From assembly GCA_964497435.1 (NCBI GenBank), contig CAZCCD010000003.1, positions 53,683-117,682 on the forward strand: DNA of 64,000 nucleotides. Direction: 5' to 3'. Each line of letters begins with the position of its first letter. Position 1 is the first letter of the stretch. Source of the stretch: Candidatus Woesearchaeota archaeon. GTDB lineage: Archaea > Nanobdellota > Nanobdellia > Pacearchaeales > GW2011-AR1. The translations under genes and the position numbers were made by a program. The notes beneath the pieces are model-generated. The model saw nothing but the letters and a program-made list of their open reading frames with translations. It did no database searches and had not been told where the DNA came from. Shown one piece after another: positions 46,519 through 56,664 of this stretch.

Positions 46519-48234
46519 TTACACTCTATCCTTCTCTGTCTTTGGATGCTCCTGACCTTCCTTGATTCTTTCTTTCAGCTCTTTGATATGCCTCTGCTTT
46601 TCTATTTCATATTCTATCTTGCTGTCTTTATTTTTTTCAATTATTTGAGCAGTATATTGACCTCCGAGGAAATGTGGGAGAATTACGTAGTCTGCTCCTT
46701 CATCATAGAGTTTAAATGCTTCTGAAATATGTCTTGCAGTCACTATGATAACAATATTTTTATTCATCTTTTTCAACAATCTCAGTATCATTAAATTAGT
46801 GTCTATTTCAGGAATCGTCGAGACAACTACTTTAGATTTTTTGATATTGATATTTTCTAGAAATTCTGTGTTTGAGACATCTCCATAGATGCAGTTAACA
46901 CCTCTTGCCTTCAATTTCTTTACCCTTTCTGGATTAAAGTCAACTACAAGATAGCTTTTTTTCATTCCCATAAATAACTTCATTATCGAGAAACCTATTC
47001 TATTTTCTCCAAATAAAATGTAATCATAATGTTTTTTCCCCATTGATACATCTTCCTTTGTTTTTTCTCTTTCGAAAATATTTAGATAATTTGACAGTCT
47101 TGGATAAATTTTTTCAGAATATTTTATTAAGTAAGTTGAGCCAGCTATAGTCACTAGTCCTATTAATGTTACAAAAGAAAGAATCTCGCCTTGTATATGG
47201 CCTACCTTAACCCCTAGTGCGATTAATATTAAAGAGAACTCGCTTATTTGCGCGACTGTAAGTCCTGCCATGAAACTTGTGTTTTTGCTATAGCCGAAAT
47301 AACCCATTAAAACCATTACAATAAGAGGGTTTCCTATGAGGATAAAAAGAGAAAATATTGCAGCTGGCAAGATTACAGAAGATACATTAATGAAAATCAT
47401 CTGCGAGCCGAGGAGTATGAAGAATGAAATTATGAAGAAGTCCCTTAAAGGTCTTAGTTTTGAACTTACTTCATAACTGTAAGGCGAGATAGAAAGAATT
47501 ACTCCTGCAATCAATGCTCCAACTTCAATAGAAAAGCCTGCATAGAAAAACAAAGAAGCCAGACCAAGCCCCCAGGCAATGGAAAAGACAAATAAAAGTT
47601 CTTGAGATTTTGCGAAAAATGAGCTTAGTTTTGGCAGGACAAATCTGCTTAAGGCAATTAAAACTCCGAATATAACAACTCCTTTAATTAATGTATAAGC
47701 AATCACTGTTTCTGCACTTGAGCTGCTTGAGAGAGATGAGACTATCATTAGAATTATAATTGCTATAAAGTCCTGAACAAGAAGGAAACCTATTGAAATC
47801 CTTCCATAGAGTTTGTCTAGGGCATCTTTATCAGAAAGTAATTTCATTATTATAATCGTAGAAGAAAAAGTAAGCGCAACAGCAATGTATAAAGAAGTTA
47901 TTTTATCAAAGCCAAGAGCTATTCCTATTAGATAACCTATGATTGATGTGAATATAACCTGTCCAACTCCGGTTATTAAAGATATTTTCCCAACTTCTTT
48001 GACAACCTTTGGACTTAAACTCAAACCAACTATAAAGAGAAGAAAAGCAATTCCTATTTCAGAGAAAGTATTTAATGTATCTCCTTGAGGAAGAAAATTG
48101 AAAAACAAAGGGCCCAATATAATTCCAGAAATAATATATCCAATAATCAGCGGCTGTTTAAGAATTCTCATTATGAAAGAAACACCTAAGACAACTAAAA
48201 TCAATAGGCTTAACTGAATAAAAACATGACTCAT
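46519..48234 (-). CDS. Cation:proton antiporter (CPA2/KefB-like) with C-terminal RCK/TrkA-N domain
   Basis: 12 TM N-terminal half; C-terminal Rossmann ILFGENRIGFSIMKLF...VVDFNPERVKKLKARGVNCIYGD. Confidence 0.75.
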   Translation of the reverse strand: MSHVFIQLSLLILVVLGVSFIMRILKQPLIIGYIISGIILGPLFFNFLPQGDTLNTFSEIGIAFLLFIVGLSLSPKVVKEVGKISLITGVGQVIFTSIIGYLIGIALGFDKITSLYIAVALTFSSTIIIMKLLSDKDALDKLYGRISIGFLLVQDFIAIIILMIVSSLSSSSSAETVIAYTLIKGVVIFGVLIALSRFVLPKLSSFFAKSQELLFVFSIAWGLGLASLFFYAGFSIEVGALIAGVILSISPYSYEVSSKLRPLRDFFIISFFILLGSQMIFINVSSVILPAAIFSLFILIGNPLIVMVLMGYFGYSKNTSFMAGLTVAQISEFSLILIALGVKVGHIQGEILSFVTLIGLVTIAGSTYLIKYSEKIYPRLSNYLNIFEREKTKEDVSMGKKHYDYILFGENRIGFSIMKLFMGMKKSYLVVDFNPERVKKLKARGVNCIYGDVSNTEFLENINIKKSKVVVSTIPEIDTNLMILRLLKKMNKNIVIIVTARHISEAFKLYDEGADYVILPHFLGGQYTAQIIEKNKDSKIEYEIEKQRHIKELKERIKEGQEHPKTEKDRV

Positions 48235-48355
48235 TTTTCCCTCTTTTAATAAATTATAAATTAAAGTTAAAATTCCTTTTTATATTTTTTTAATGCTCTT
48301 TATCTGGTTTTTCCATCACAATAATTAATTTAAACCAAAAACAAATCTTTAATTT

Positions 48356-48685
48356 ATGCCAGGTAGTAGATTAATAGAGATTGCAAAAGGAGGAAATTAT
48401 AGGGTTGTTGAAACAAACGAAATAATTCCTGGCCATAGAATAACTCCTTATGGGATTCCTCATTCTCCCTTAGAACTTTCTGCTATAGAAGAGATTAACT
48501 CCTCGAGTAGTCTTGATTTTGAGCAAGCCCGCACTAAAAATGAAAGGCAAATTAAATCATTGGCCAATAATTATGCTAATGAGTGGGGTTCAAGCTTTCA
48601 TTATCTTGAGTTTACTCACGAATCCACACCAATAAAAGACGGCTCTAGAGTCTCTTCTTTCGCAAAAATCCAATTGTATGTTTAA
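48356..48685 (+). CDS. Hypothetical protein
   Basis: 109-aa ORF. Confidence 0.4.
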   Translation: MPGSRLIEIAKGGNYRVVETNEIIPGHRITPYGIPHSPLELSAIEEINSSSSLDFEQARTKNERQIKSLANNYANEWGSSFHYLEFTHESTPIKDGSRVSSFAKIQLYV

Positions 48686-48702
48686 AGAACTAGCTATTAT
48701 TT

Positions 48703-49359
48703 TCAATCATCATCATCTTTATCTAGTGCTCCTACAGCTTTGAAGAATCCATATGTTATCCTTAAAATTGTTTCCAAGAAAACAATAAATAACAGATATA
48801 TTATTATTTGGTTGAATAAAGACGGGATCTGCGATATGTAACCAAGAACTCTTCCAAAATCGAAGAACAAATTTGGTTGAGATATGAAAACTATTAAAAT
48901 TGTTAGTGGGAATAATATAGAGATATTTTGAGCAAGCTCTTTTCCATATTTTGGAGTGTATGCAACCATTCTTATCGCACCTATTAATATTACAGAAACT
49001 ACCATTATATTTGTTATTCCATTACCATCGTCTATTAAAATAAGGAATATTGTGAAAACAGAAAACCATAAGAATACAATAATTGGTAAGATTAAAATAT
49101 ATTCTATTAAGTAAAGGATTCCTGCTAGAAATTTTGAGAAAAAAGGATGCCTTGATGTATTGTACTTGCTTAGGTTTAAATTAAGTAAGTTTTTATTCGA
49201 GATAAATTTGTGGAATTTCCAGAAAAATATGCAATAGAGAAAGACTATGAGAACAAGTATGAATAAGTTTATACTCTGCTGAGTCCATGCAGGAAATCCA
49301 GATATAAATGATGTATATCTTTCCTGAATTGACAAGCCGAGATTTTCTATCACCCCCAT
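48703..49359 (-). CDS. Hypothetical integral membrane protein
   Basis: Multi-TM. Confidence 0.5.
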   Translation of the reverse strand: MGVIENLGLSIQERYTSFISGFPAWTQQSINLFILVLIVFLYCIFFWKFHKFISNKNLLNLNLSKYNTSRHPFFSKFLAGILYLIEYILILPIIVFLWFSVFTIFLILIDDGNGITNIMVVSVILIGAIRMVAYTPKYGKELAQNISILFPLTILIVFISQPNLFFDFGRVLGYISQIPSLFNQIIIYLLFIVFLETILRITYGFFKAVGALDKDDDD

Positions 49360-49465
49360 GAATTAAAATGGAGAGGATTGTTTATAAAATTTCCCATAAT
49401 ATATCTTGCAGTAATATCCAATGAACGAAACATTTATAAATAAGACTATTCTTACTAGTCTTACA

Positions 49466-49741
49466 ATGGAAATAGAAATAACAAAGATGACTTCCAAAGG
49501 CCAGGTAGTTATCCCTCAAGATATAAGGGAAAAGGCAGAGATAGAAGAAGGAGAAAAGTTTTTTGTTTACGTAAGCGGAGACTCTATAATTCTTAAAAGA
49601 ACTAAGGATTTTAAATCTGCAAAAAGCATGGAAGAATTTGAAAGAGTTTTTAAGAGTGCATGGAAAATAGCAAAATCTAAGGGGATAACAAAGGAAGACG
49701 TAGAGAAAGAGATAAAAGCTGTAAGAACTAATAAAGAATAA
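49466..49741 (+). CDS. AbrB/MazE/SpoVT-family antitoxin
   Basis: MTSKGQVVIPQDIREKAEIEEGEKF looped-hinge-helix motif; start likely the internal Met (MEIEITKM). Confidence 0.6.
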   Translation: MEIEITKMTSKGQVVIPQDIREKAEIEEGEKFFVYVSGDSIILKRTKDFKSAKSMEEFERVFKSAWKIAKSKGITKEDVEKEIKAVRTNKE

Positions 49742-50145
49742 TGTTAAAAGTTGTCCCAGATACAAATGTATTAGTTTCTGCTTTTATAGCTGAAGGAAAT
49801 GAATACAAGGTTTTAAAGTTAGCAAGATTAGGTAAAATTCAGTTAATTCTTTCTCCAGAAATCTTAGAAGAATTTAATGACGTAATAAGCAGGGAAAGAT
49901 TTGGTTTTTCCAAAGAACAAATATCTGATTTCAACACACAAATACTAACTACAACTTCTAATTTTGTTCAAATCAAGGAAAAACTGGATGTTGTAAAAGA
50001 TGATCCAGATGATAATAAAATTGTGGAGACTGCTGTTTCAGGAAAAGTAGATTATATCATTAGCGGGGATAATCATTTGTTAAAGCTAAAGAAGTTCAGG
50101 AAGATTAAGATAGTTAGTGCAGGAGAGTTTTTGAAGAGTGTTTAA
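49741..50145 (+). CDS. PIN-domain toxin (TIGR00305-like PIN family)
   Basis: VVPDTNVLVSAFI...SGDNHLL; TAATG stop/start overlap with the AbrB gene. Confidence 0.65.
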   Translation: MLKVVPDTNVLVSAFIAEGNEYKVLKLARLGKIQLILSPEILEEFNDVISRERFGFSKEQISDFNTQILTTTSNFVQIKEKLDVVKDDPDDNKIVETAVSGKVDYIISGDNHLLKLKKFRKIKIVSAGEFLKSV

Positions 50146-50160
50146 TATTTTATTTAAGAG

Positions 50161-50715
50161 CTACCATGTTGGTAATAATCCAAATATTCCAGCGAGACTA
50201 ACCACAAAAGCCCAATATTGCAACAGTATAAGTATGAATGCTATAACTTTAGGTTTACCTTTAATGTTTTTCACCACCCACGATGCTAACAAAAATCCTA
50301 AAGCAATGGGAATTAATCCAATTCCCAATGTAGAAATAACAAAAATAAATAATGTAAAAAAACCCATGATTAGAAAAACAATAGGGGTTGGTATTGCAAA
50401 AGCAAGAATTATGTACTCTAAAAAATATCCATAGCCAAATGCAACAATCCATCCTTCTGCAAAATTAAATGTATTAATTACTACTGTTATCAGATAGGTC
50501 GCTAAAAATATAAAAAGAGTTTTATTATGGCCATGTTTTTTAAGATAACCTAAAAAACCTCCTATAAAAACAAAATTTCCAATAAATAAAAGAATGAACA
50601 AAACAGACATAAATGTGATGGTTGAAGGTGTGTTTATGGTAAGATACGAGACGATCAAGATTAATGTGAATATAAAGCCAATAACCCCTCCAACCCAAAT
50701 TGCTTTATTTTTCAT
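50161..50715 (-). CDS. Hypothetical integral membrane protein
   Basis: 5-6 TM helices. Confidence 0.5.
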   Translation of the reverse strand: MKNKAIWVGGVIGFIFTLILIVSYLTINTPSTITFMSVLFILLFIGNFVFIGGFLGYLKKHGHNKTLFIFLATYLITVVINTFNFAEGWIVAFGYGYFLEYIILAFAIPTPIVFLIMGFFTLFIFVISTLGIGLIPIALGFLLASWVVKNIKGKPKVIAFILILLQYWAFVVSLAGIFGLLPTW

Positions 50716-50717
50716 TT

Positions 50718-51827
50718 TTAATAAGTAAAAGTAATATTACAATTGTCTTTGATCCATGTATGGTATGGTTCAACACAATACCACATTATTTCGGGAATAA
50801 TTCCTGGCGAACAATCAATTCCATCATAGTTTGGGCAGGTATATTGTCCTTCAACGACCAGACAACTTTCTCCTTTTAATTCTCTTGAACGCCACCAACC
50901 ACTTTCACTTTCAGTGCAAGCAATCTCCTTAAAACTTTCATTTATTAAAATGCCTTCGTTATTTATTATGAAGTTATTTTCAATAGTTTTTGTACCGCAT
51001 GATGTACAAACGGTTGCACAAGCCTGGCCAGGTCCACAACTACTACAACATCCAAAGCCATAATTTGCAGTAAGATTAACGTACCACTTATTATCTAAAA
51101 AACTAATTTCTTCATCAATGATATTCCAAATATCATTAAGAGGCACCCCCTCCATGTTTGCAGATGTAGAATTCTTTGCTATCTCTAAGATTTCTGCTTT
51201 AGAAAATACCTTAACTAATTCACATTGATTGTTAACACATTTTGGCAGGAAAAACTTATTACATAAACTCCCAGTACAACCAATATTAGTGCAATCAAAC
51301 TGAGATTCCCAATATTCTGAATAATTTTTATTAACCGAAGTGTAAAGGCAGTTAGAACCGGCACAACAATTATTCATAACTTGCACACAATCACTATCTT
51401 GTTCACAATACTTCATTTCTTCTATTGTAAAATTCTTAGGAATGGTTTCTTCTTTATCAGGAAATCTGCCAAAATTTTCTAGGCATTCAACCTCAAATAT
51501 TCCTGCTTGAGAGCAAAATTCCACATTATATGACTCTAAAGCTACTCTCAAAAAACAATATTCTTTTGTACCATCGCGCCAAGGAGAAGTCCATCTAACT
51601 TTTGGATCTATCGTATCCGTAGAACCTAACCTGTTACATATGTTTGGAGCATTTTCTTTTACTGCATAATTGCTAATACACATTTTTCCACCATCAAAAA
51701 GATTATTTGGAAAAGAGTAACACAAATCAGCGTTATTTATAATGTAAGGAAGATTTTTTAGAAGAATAAGTAGAATAATTAAGGAAAATAAGACTATGAC
51801 TGATATGAGTAATGTTCTTTTTTTCAT
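50718..51827 (-). CDS. Secreted Cys-rich hypothetical protein
   Basis: N-terminal signal/TM; more than 30 Cys. Confidence 0.5.
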   Translation of the reverse strand: MKKRTLLISVIVLFSLIILLILLKNLPYIINNADLCYSFPNNLFDGGKMCISNYAVKENAPNICNRLGSTDTIDPKVRWTSPWRDGTKEYCFLRVALESYNVEFCSQAGIFEVECLENFGRFPDKEETIPKNFTIEEMKYCEQDSDCVQVMNNCCAGSNCLYTSVNKNYSEYWESQFDCTNIGCTGSLCNKFFLPKCVNNQCELVKVFSKAEILEIAKNSTSANMEGVPLNDIWNIIDEEISFLDNKWYVNLTANYGFGCCSSCGPGQACATVCTSCGTKTIENNFIINNEGILINESFKEIACTESESGWWRSRELKGESCLVVEGQYTCPNYDGIDCSPGIIPEIMWYCVEPYHTWIKDNCNITFTY

Positions 51828-51943
51828 AAATACTCCAAGAACCTAATACCTTTAAACTTTACTAAATTAATTACAGCTTCCTCCCACACTCCGCGTAATC
51901 TTCTCTTCAATAAATTTAAATAACAATCTTTCTTATTTTAATT

Positions 51944-53221
51944 ATGATAGACATAAAACTCATTCGTGAAAATCCAGAGCTTGTAAAAGAGAATATAAAA
52001 AAAAGATTTAAGGATCACTTAGTTCCTGTTGTCGATAGAATTAAGGTTTTTGATGAGGAATGGCGTGGATTTAAGTACGAAGAAGATAAATTGAGGTCTG
52101 ACAGAAATAAAATATCAGAAAAAATAAATCAGGCTAAGAAAAACAAAAAACCGGTTAATATTCTTTTAAAACAAGCTAAACAAATTCCTGTTAAAATAGA
52201 AAAGCTTGAGGGGAAAAGAAAAAATCTTGAAAACGAAATTAAAAAACTTCTAATGCAGATTCCAAATTTTCTCGACAAAACTTCTCCTATTGGAAAAGAT
52301 GAGAAAGACAATGTCGAATTGAGAAAGTGGGGGAAAACTAAGAAAAATCCTAAATTAGTTAATCATGCTGAATTAACAGAGAAAATGGGTTTTGCTGATT
52401 TTGAGGCTGGCAGAAATAACTCTGGGCAGGGATTTAATTATTTGCTTGGAGAGATTGCAAAGCTAGATTATGCTCTTCAAAGATATGGTCTTGACTTTTT
52501 ATCTAAGAAAGGATTTACTTTTGTTGTTCCTCCAATGCTTCTTAATCATGAGGCTTTACTTGGGGCTTTAAATGGCTTGCAGGATTTTGAAAATGTTGTT
52601 TATAAAATTGAAAATGAAAATTTATATTTGATTGGGACAGCAGAACATTCTCTAGTTTCGCTCTTTAAAGACAAGACAATTCAAAAAAAAGAACTGCCAA
52701 TAAAACTTTGTGCTCTCACCCCTTGTTTTAGAAAAGAAATAGGTGGTCATGGTGTTGACACAAAAGGACTTTTTAGAATGCACCAATTTAACAAAGTTGA
52801 ACAAGTTGTTTTCTGTGAACCAAATAGGTCTTCTGAAATCCTAGAAGAAATGCAGAAAATAACAGAAGAATTTTTTAAAACCTTGGAGATTCCTTTTAGA
52901 GTAATTGCTATTTGTTCTGGTGATCTTGGAAATAAGTTTTCAAAGCAGTATGATATTGAAGCATGGTTTCCAAGGCAGGGGGAATATAGGGAAGTAACAA
53001 GTGCAGGAAACTGCACTGATTTTCAGGCAAGGGCTTTAAATATAAAATCCGATGATAAAGGGAAGAGAGAGTATGTCCATATCTTGAATAATACAATGGT
53101 TGCAACATCAAGGGCAATGGTTGCAATACTTGAAAACTTCCAGCAAAAAGACGGAAGCATAAAAGTTCCTAAGGTTTTGTGGAAATATGTTGGGAAGAAA
53201 GTGATAAAGAGGAAAGAGTAA
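51944..53221 (+). CDS. serS: Seryl-tRNA synthetase
   Basis: N-terminal coiled-coil arm; class II motifs FRKEIGGHGVDTKGLFRMHQFNKVEQ, TSAGNCTDFQARAL. Confidence 0.85.
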   Translation: MIDIKLIRENPELVKENIKKRFKDHLVPVVDRIKVFDEEWRGFKYEEDKLRSDRNKISEKINQAKKNKKPVNILLKQAKQIPVKIEKLEGKRKNLENEIKKLLMQIPNFLDKTSPIGKDEKDNVELRKWGKTKKNPKLVNHAELTEKMGFADFEAGRNNSGQGFNYLLGEIAKLDYALQRYGLDFLSKKGFTFVVPPMLLNHEALLGALNGLQDFENVVYKIENENLYLIGTAEHSLVSLFKDKTIQKKELPIKLCALTPCFRKEIGGHGVDTKGLFRMHQFNKVEQVVFCEPNRSSEILEEMQKITEEFFKTLEIPFRVIAICSGDLGNKFSKQYDIEAWFPRQGEYREVTSAGNCTDFQARALNIKSDDKGKREYVHILNNTMVATSRAMVAILENFQQKDGSIKVPKVLWKYVGKKVIKRKE

Positions 53222-53259
53222 TTTTTCTTGCTAACTAGGAGATTATTCACTCTAAAGGT

Positions 53260-53403
53260 TCTCATTAAATTTCTTAATGAATATCTTGGCTACAATAGGA
53301 TAATGATCTGAGATTTTAGTTTTAATGCATTTAATATCGGACATATCAAATTTATTTTTATGGGCAATAAGATAATCTAAAGTAATAGGGATTTTGGTTT
53401 ATA
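53260..53403 (-). pseudogene. C-terminal remnant of an endonuclease/exonuclease/phosphatase (EEP) family nuclease
   Basis: Minus-strand frame ...YLIAHKNKFDMSDIKCIKTKISDHYPIVAKIFIKKFNENL* with the EEP C-terminal SDHxP(V/I) motif; no upstream ORF body. Confidence 0.45.
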
Positions 53404-53456
53404 TGTGCTGCTAATTTTATTTTAAATTTTAATAAAGAGGTTAGTTATATATAAAA

Positions 53457-55742
53457 TTAAGAAATATTAATTATAATATTATTACTCATGCTAACGAGCA
53501 AATCTGCTTCTTCATTTTTTATTTTGTTTTCTCTTTGTGCGTCAACTTCTTTTATAAATGACTGAAGCTTATTAATCGCATCTTGTCTCTGATTAGAATT
53601 TAATGCGGTCAATGCATCTTTCGCGGCCTGAAGTTTAGTATCTAAACTACTTTCAATACCTTGCTGTAAATTTAATGTTTTAACTTGATTTATTAATTCC
53701 TCTATAGTATCCTTGCAACCATTTGAATTTGCATCAAAGCCGCTCGAATCTTCTAGAGGGCACTGATCGAATTCATCACGAATGCCATCGCCATCTCTGT
53801 CGAGTTGGAGGATTAAGTTTACGGGCCGAATAGGGTCAATTGGTTGGCCTAGAGAGGCAAAACCACTAGCAATAACCTCATCAACAATAATTTCTCCATC
53901 CGAACTAGACATTTGAAATGTTATATTATAAGGACCATCTCCTATACCTATGCCAGTAATATTATAAAATCCCGAGATAATTTCGCCAAGAAGAATTTCT
54001 TGGGGTTCTGTTCCTGGTCCAGAGTAACCTACACTATCGCCTATTTCATTAACACTCGAATTTAAAGTAGGATCAAAGCCTATTCTTCTCCCTAAAGGAT
54101 CTGTAAAAAGAATATTAATTGGGGAGTTACCCTTACCTGTACCTGCCTTACAATCCTCATCTCCTATGAGAGCATAATGTACAGCATCTCTTGTACCATA
54201 AGGTCTGTGTAATCCTGCTTTTTCAGCTAAAGTGTCTATATCTTCACCTGATATACTTTTTTTATTTTTATTACTTGAATTTATGCATGAAGTTACACCA
54301 TTAATAACTTCACAAATTACTATATCCACTGCTTTTCCTACTTCATGTAGAGATGTATTCTCCTTGCACACACCATCTCTAATTCCATGTTTAGCAATTT
54401 CTTCATCTACCTTTTTCTTAAGTTCTTTACATTTTGAATTATTAAAATCAGCATTAAGTAATGAAGTATTCCTTTGTTTTATTTCATAAAAATGCGCTTG
54501 ATAAGCTGTTGGTCTAAACCCGGATGTAACCTGAAAAGTCTGAATACCGGGTAAATTCAATATAAGATTTTCAAAATTATCAACAGAATTGTTAAGAGTC
54601 TGGTTCATATGAGCACGATCCACTATCTTACCATTTGCAGCTTCAAATTGTTGCGCCATGTTAGGAACAGGAGGAGTATAATTAACTTCTAGCTCGCTAA
54701 TTGGGGTAAGATCTTTAATAATATTACCTGACTTATCAACGCATTCAGGTTTGGAGGGGCATGAAAACGTACATCCTATTTTACCATCATCATTCCATCC
54801 ATCAGTGGTATCACAGGTATTATCCTTTCCTGAACCCGATGAGTTTACTATTATAAAATCACCACGTGCATTAAAACATGCCTTATTGTTATTTACTGTA
54901 TTATTATGTGAGTTTCTAAAACCAATACCATGAAGAGTACTATTTTCTACTATATTATTAGTAATAGTATTGAAATTGGAAGAAAAAATAGTGATAAATC
55001 TATTCCCAGCAGGACCTTTCAAAATATTTGATGATAGTATGTTAAAGCTAGAATCAAAAAATATAATAAAATTAAGAGTGTTTGATGAGACAGTGTTAAA
55101 ATATGAATTTCTAAGAGTAATTAATCCTGAACCGAATCCAGTTTGTGTATTAGAAGTTATCACATTGAAGTTGGAGTTAAACAGATGAACATCATTAGAA
55201 TTCGAGGTAATCGTGTTGGTATTAGAAGATATAAGTGAAATTGCACCTATATTTGAAGCTAGTAGGTTAGAGTCTGAATCGACAATACGAATAGAACCAA
55301 GATTATAGAGAAGAGTGTTAGCATTAGCATTAGTTAATTCTATTAGTCCGTATATTGCCCTGCAATTTTTTATTGTGACTCCAAACTTAGAATCCAAAAA
55401 TATACTATTAAGGTCAGCATCATTGCAATCAAAAGTGACGGAGTTTGAGCAGATATCTGCGATAAATCTAATTGGAGAATCAGTTGGGCCATTAAGTACA
55501 TATGAATAAGTAACATCACAACCAGTACCCCTTGCATTTATGCATTCAGGGTCAGTCCACGGGCATTCATCACAGGTATTAGGAATTCCATCAGGACCAT
55601 CACCTGGACCATGATTTGGTGGGCACCCTCCTTGCATGCAACCACGATGAATACAACCTGGATGAGATAGAACTAAATTATCACCAGTAAAAATGATTAT
55701 AAATGTAAAAATTATTATTAGATTTATTTTTTTATTTTTCAA
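53457..55742 (-). CDS. Secreted right-handed parallel beta-helix repeat protein with C-terminal Ca-binding-like Asp-rich motif
   Basis: Signal peptide; tandem ~22-aa repeats (NTITSNSNDVHLFNSNFNVITSN...); DRDGDGIRDEFDQC. Confidence 0.6.
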   Translation of the reverse strand: MKNKKINLIIIFTFIIIFTGDNLVLSHPGCIHRGCMQGGCPPNHGPGDGPDGIPNTCDECPWTDPECINARGTGCDVTYSYVLNGPTDSPIRFIADICSNSVTFDCNDADLNSIFLDSKFGVTIKNCRAIYGLIELTNANANTLLYNLGSIRIVDSDSNLLASNIGAISLISSNTNTITSNSNDVHLFNSNFNVITSNTQTGFGSGLITLRNSYFNTVSSNTLNFIIFFDSSFNILSSNILKGPAGNRFITIFSSNFNTITNNIVENSTLHGIGFRNSHNNTVNNNKACFNARGDFIIVNSSGSGKDNTCDTTDGWNDDGKIGCTFSCPSKPECVDKSGNIIKDLTPISELEVNYTPPVPNMAQQFEAANGKIVDRAHMNQTLNNSVDNFENLILNLPGIQTFQVTSGFRPTAYQAHFYEIKQRNTSLLNADFNNSKCKELKKKVDEEIAKHGIRDGVCKENTSLHEVGKAVDIVICEVINGVTSCINSSNKNKKSISGEDIDTLAEKAGLHRPYGTRDAVHYALIGDEDCKAGTGKGNSPINILFTDPLGRRIGFDPTLNSSVNEIGDSVGYSGPGTEPQEILLGEIISGFYNITGIGIGDGPYNITFQMSSSDGEIIVDEVIASGFASLGQPIDPIRPVNLILQLDRDGDGIRDEFDQCPLEDSSGFDANSNGCKDTIEELINQVKTLNLQQGIESSLDTKLQAAKDALTALNSNQRQDAINKLQSFIKEVDAQRENKIKNEEADLLVSMSNNIIINIS

Positions 55743-55858
55743 TTTTGCCTCTAAATCCCATCAATTAGATAAAATAATACACTAAATTATTTAAATTTTG
55801 TTATATTGTAAAATAAACTTTGAAACTTAACATTTTTAATATTGATAATAATAAAAAA

Positions 55859-56278
55859 TTATCTGAATATAGCTTTAAAAGGATTTTTCCCTCTTCGTAG
55901 CATTCTTGCTCCTATTTTCCAACGCCTCCACTCCCTTTCTACATAATGTCTTACAGAATAAGATTTAAGCCTTTCTTTCAACTCGCTTAAATTATGTTTG
56001 TCTAGATATTCTCTTAACATTGTTCTTGCACACATAGCTGAACGATTATATTTATCTAGTAAAGATTCAGATATTCCTTCATTCTGAACTTCTTGATGAA
56101 GGTTTCTTTCTTGATTCAACATATTAGCTATATGGTAAACCCCAAATGCAGCAACACCTCCATAGATTGGAATTTTTATGAGGAGAGAGTGATCTGATTC
56201 AGCAATTGCGAGAGAGCCTGAGAGAGCGCATAAAGTCCCAAAAGGGTCTGTTTTAGCAATTCCTATTGTGCCCCCCAA
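55859..56278 (-). CDS. Hypothetical protein
   Basis: 139-aa ORF. Confidence 0.4.
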   Translation of the reverse strand: MGGTIGIAKTDPFGTLCALSGSLAIAESDHSLLIKIPIYGGVAAFGVYHIANMLNQERNLHQEVQNEGISESLLDKYNRSAMCARTMLREYLDKHNLSELKERLKSYSVRHYVEREWRRWKIGARMLRRGKNPFKAIFR

Positions 56279-56382
56279 TTAATTTGTCAAGCACCATAGA
56301 TTTTAGGAGATTTTTCAGTTTAAAAACTATTATGTGATTTGAACCAATAGTTTTTTAAACAAATTTTCTATTTTCATTATAT

Positions 56383-56629
56383 GCCCATATGGTCTAACGG
56401 CTATGACGCTAGCCTGTCGCATGGCGAGGACACCTAACGGTTTCCTTTAACTCGCAACCTCACTCGTTGTGAGTTTAGAAATTTGTCTCGTGAAATTGCT
56501 CGGCTTAACCTTCCCTAAAGGGTTCAACGCGGAATTCATAATGACACTTTTTTCGCTTGACTTCCCTTAAGAAATTATGGGGAGAAATGCAGAACGCTGG
56601 AAACCCGGGTCCGACTCCCGGTGTGGGCG
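56383..56629 (+). tRNA. tRNA-Asp(GUC) interrupted by a ~175-nt intron at 37/38 (exons about 56383-56419 and 56595-56629)
   Basis: Acceptor GCCCATA pairs with TGTGGGC (one G-U); G73; D-arm GUC(U)/(U)GAC with G10; anticodon stem CUAGC/GCUGG (C-G, U-G, A-U, G-C, C-G); loop C-U-GUC-G then intron then C38; T-arm CCGGG-TCCGACT-CCCGG. Asp identity elements G73, G34U35C36, C38 and G10 are all present. A 4-bp GCAU/AUGC helix bridges the two splice junctions (BHB-like). Confidence 0.6.
56447..56515 (+). repeat. Structured repeat element copy B, inside the tRNA-Asp intron
   Basis: TAACTCGCAACCtcactCGTTGTGAGTTtAGAAATTTgtctcgtgAAATTGCTCGG; about 86% identical to 37897-37952. Confidence 0.6.
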
Positions 56630-56664
56630 TAGAATTTATATAATAAGATTTCTAGGAAGGTAGA

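Noticed and set aside
53023-53265. Minus-strand ORF 53023..53265 overlapping the serS 3' end
   Set aside because: It mostly overlaps conserved serS coding sequence in antisense; the downstream EEP remnant is in a different frame.
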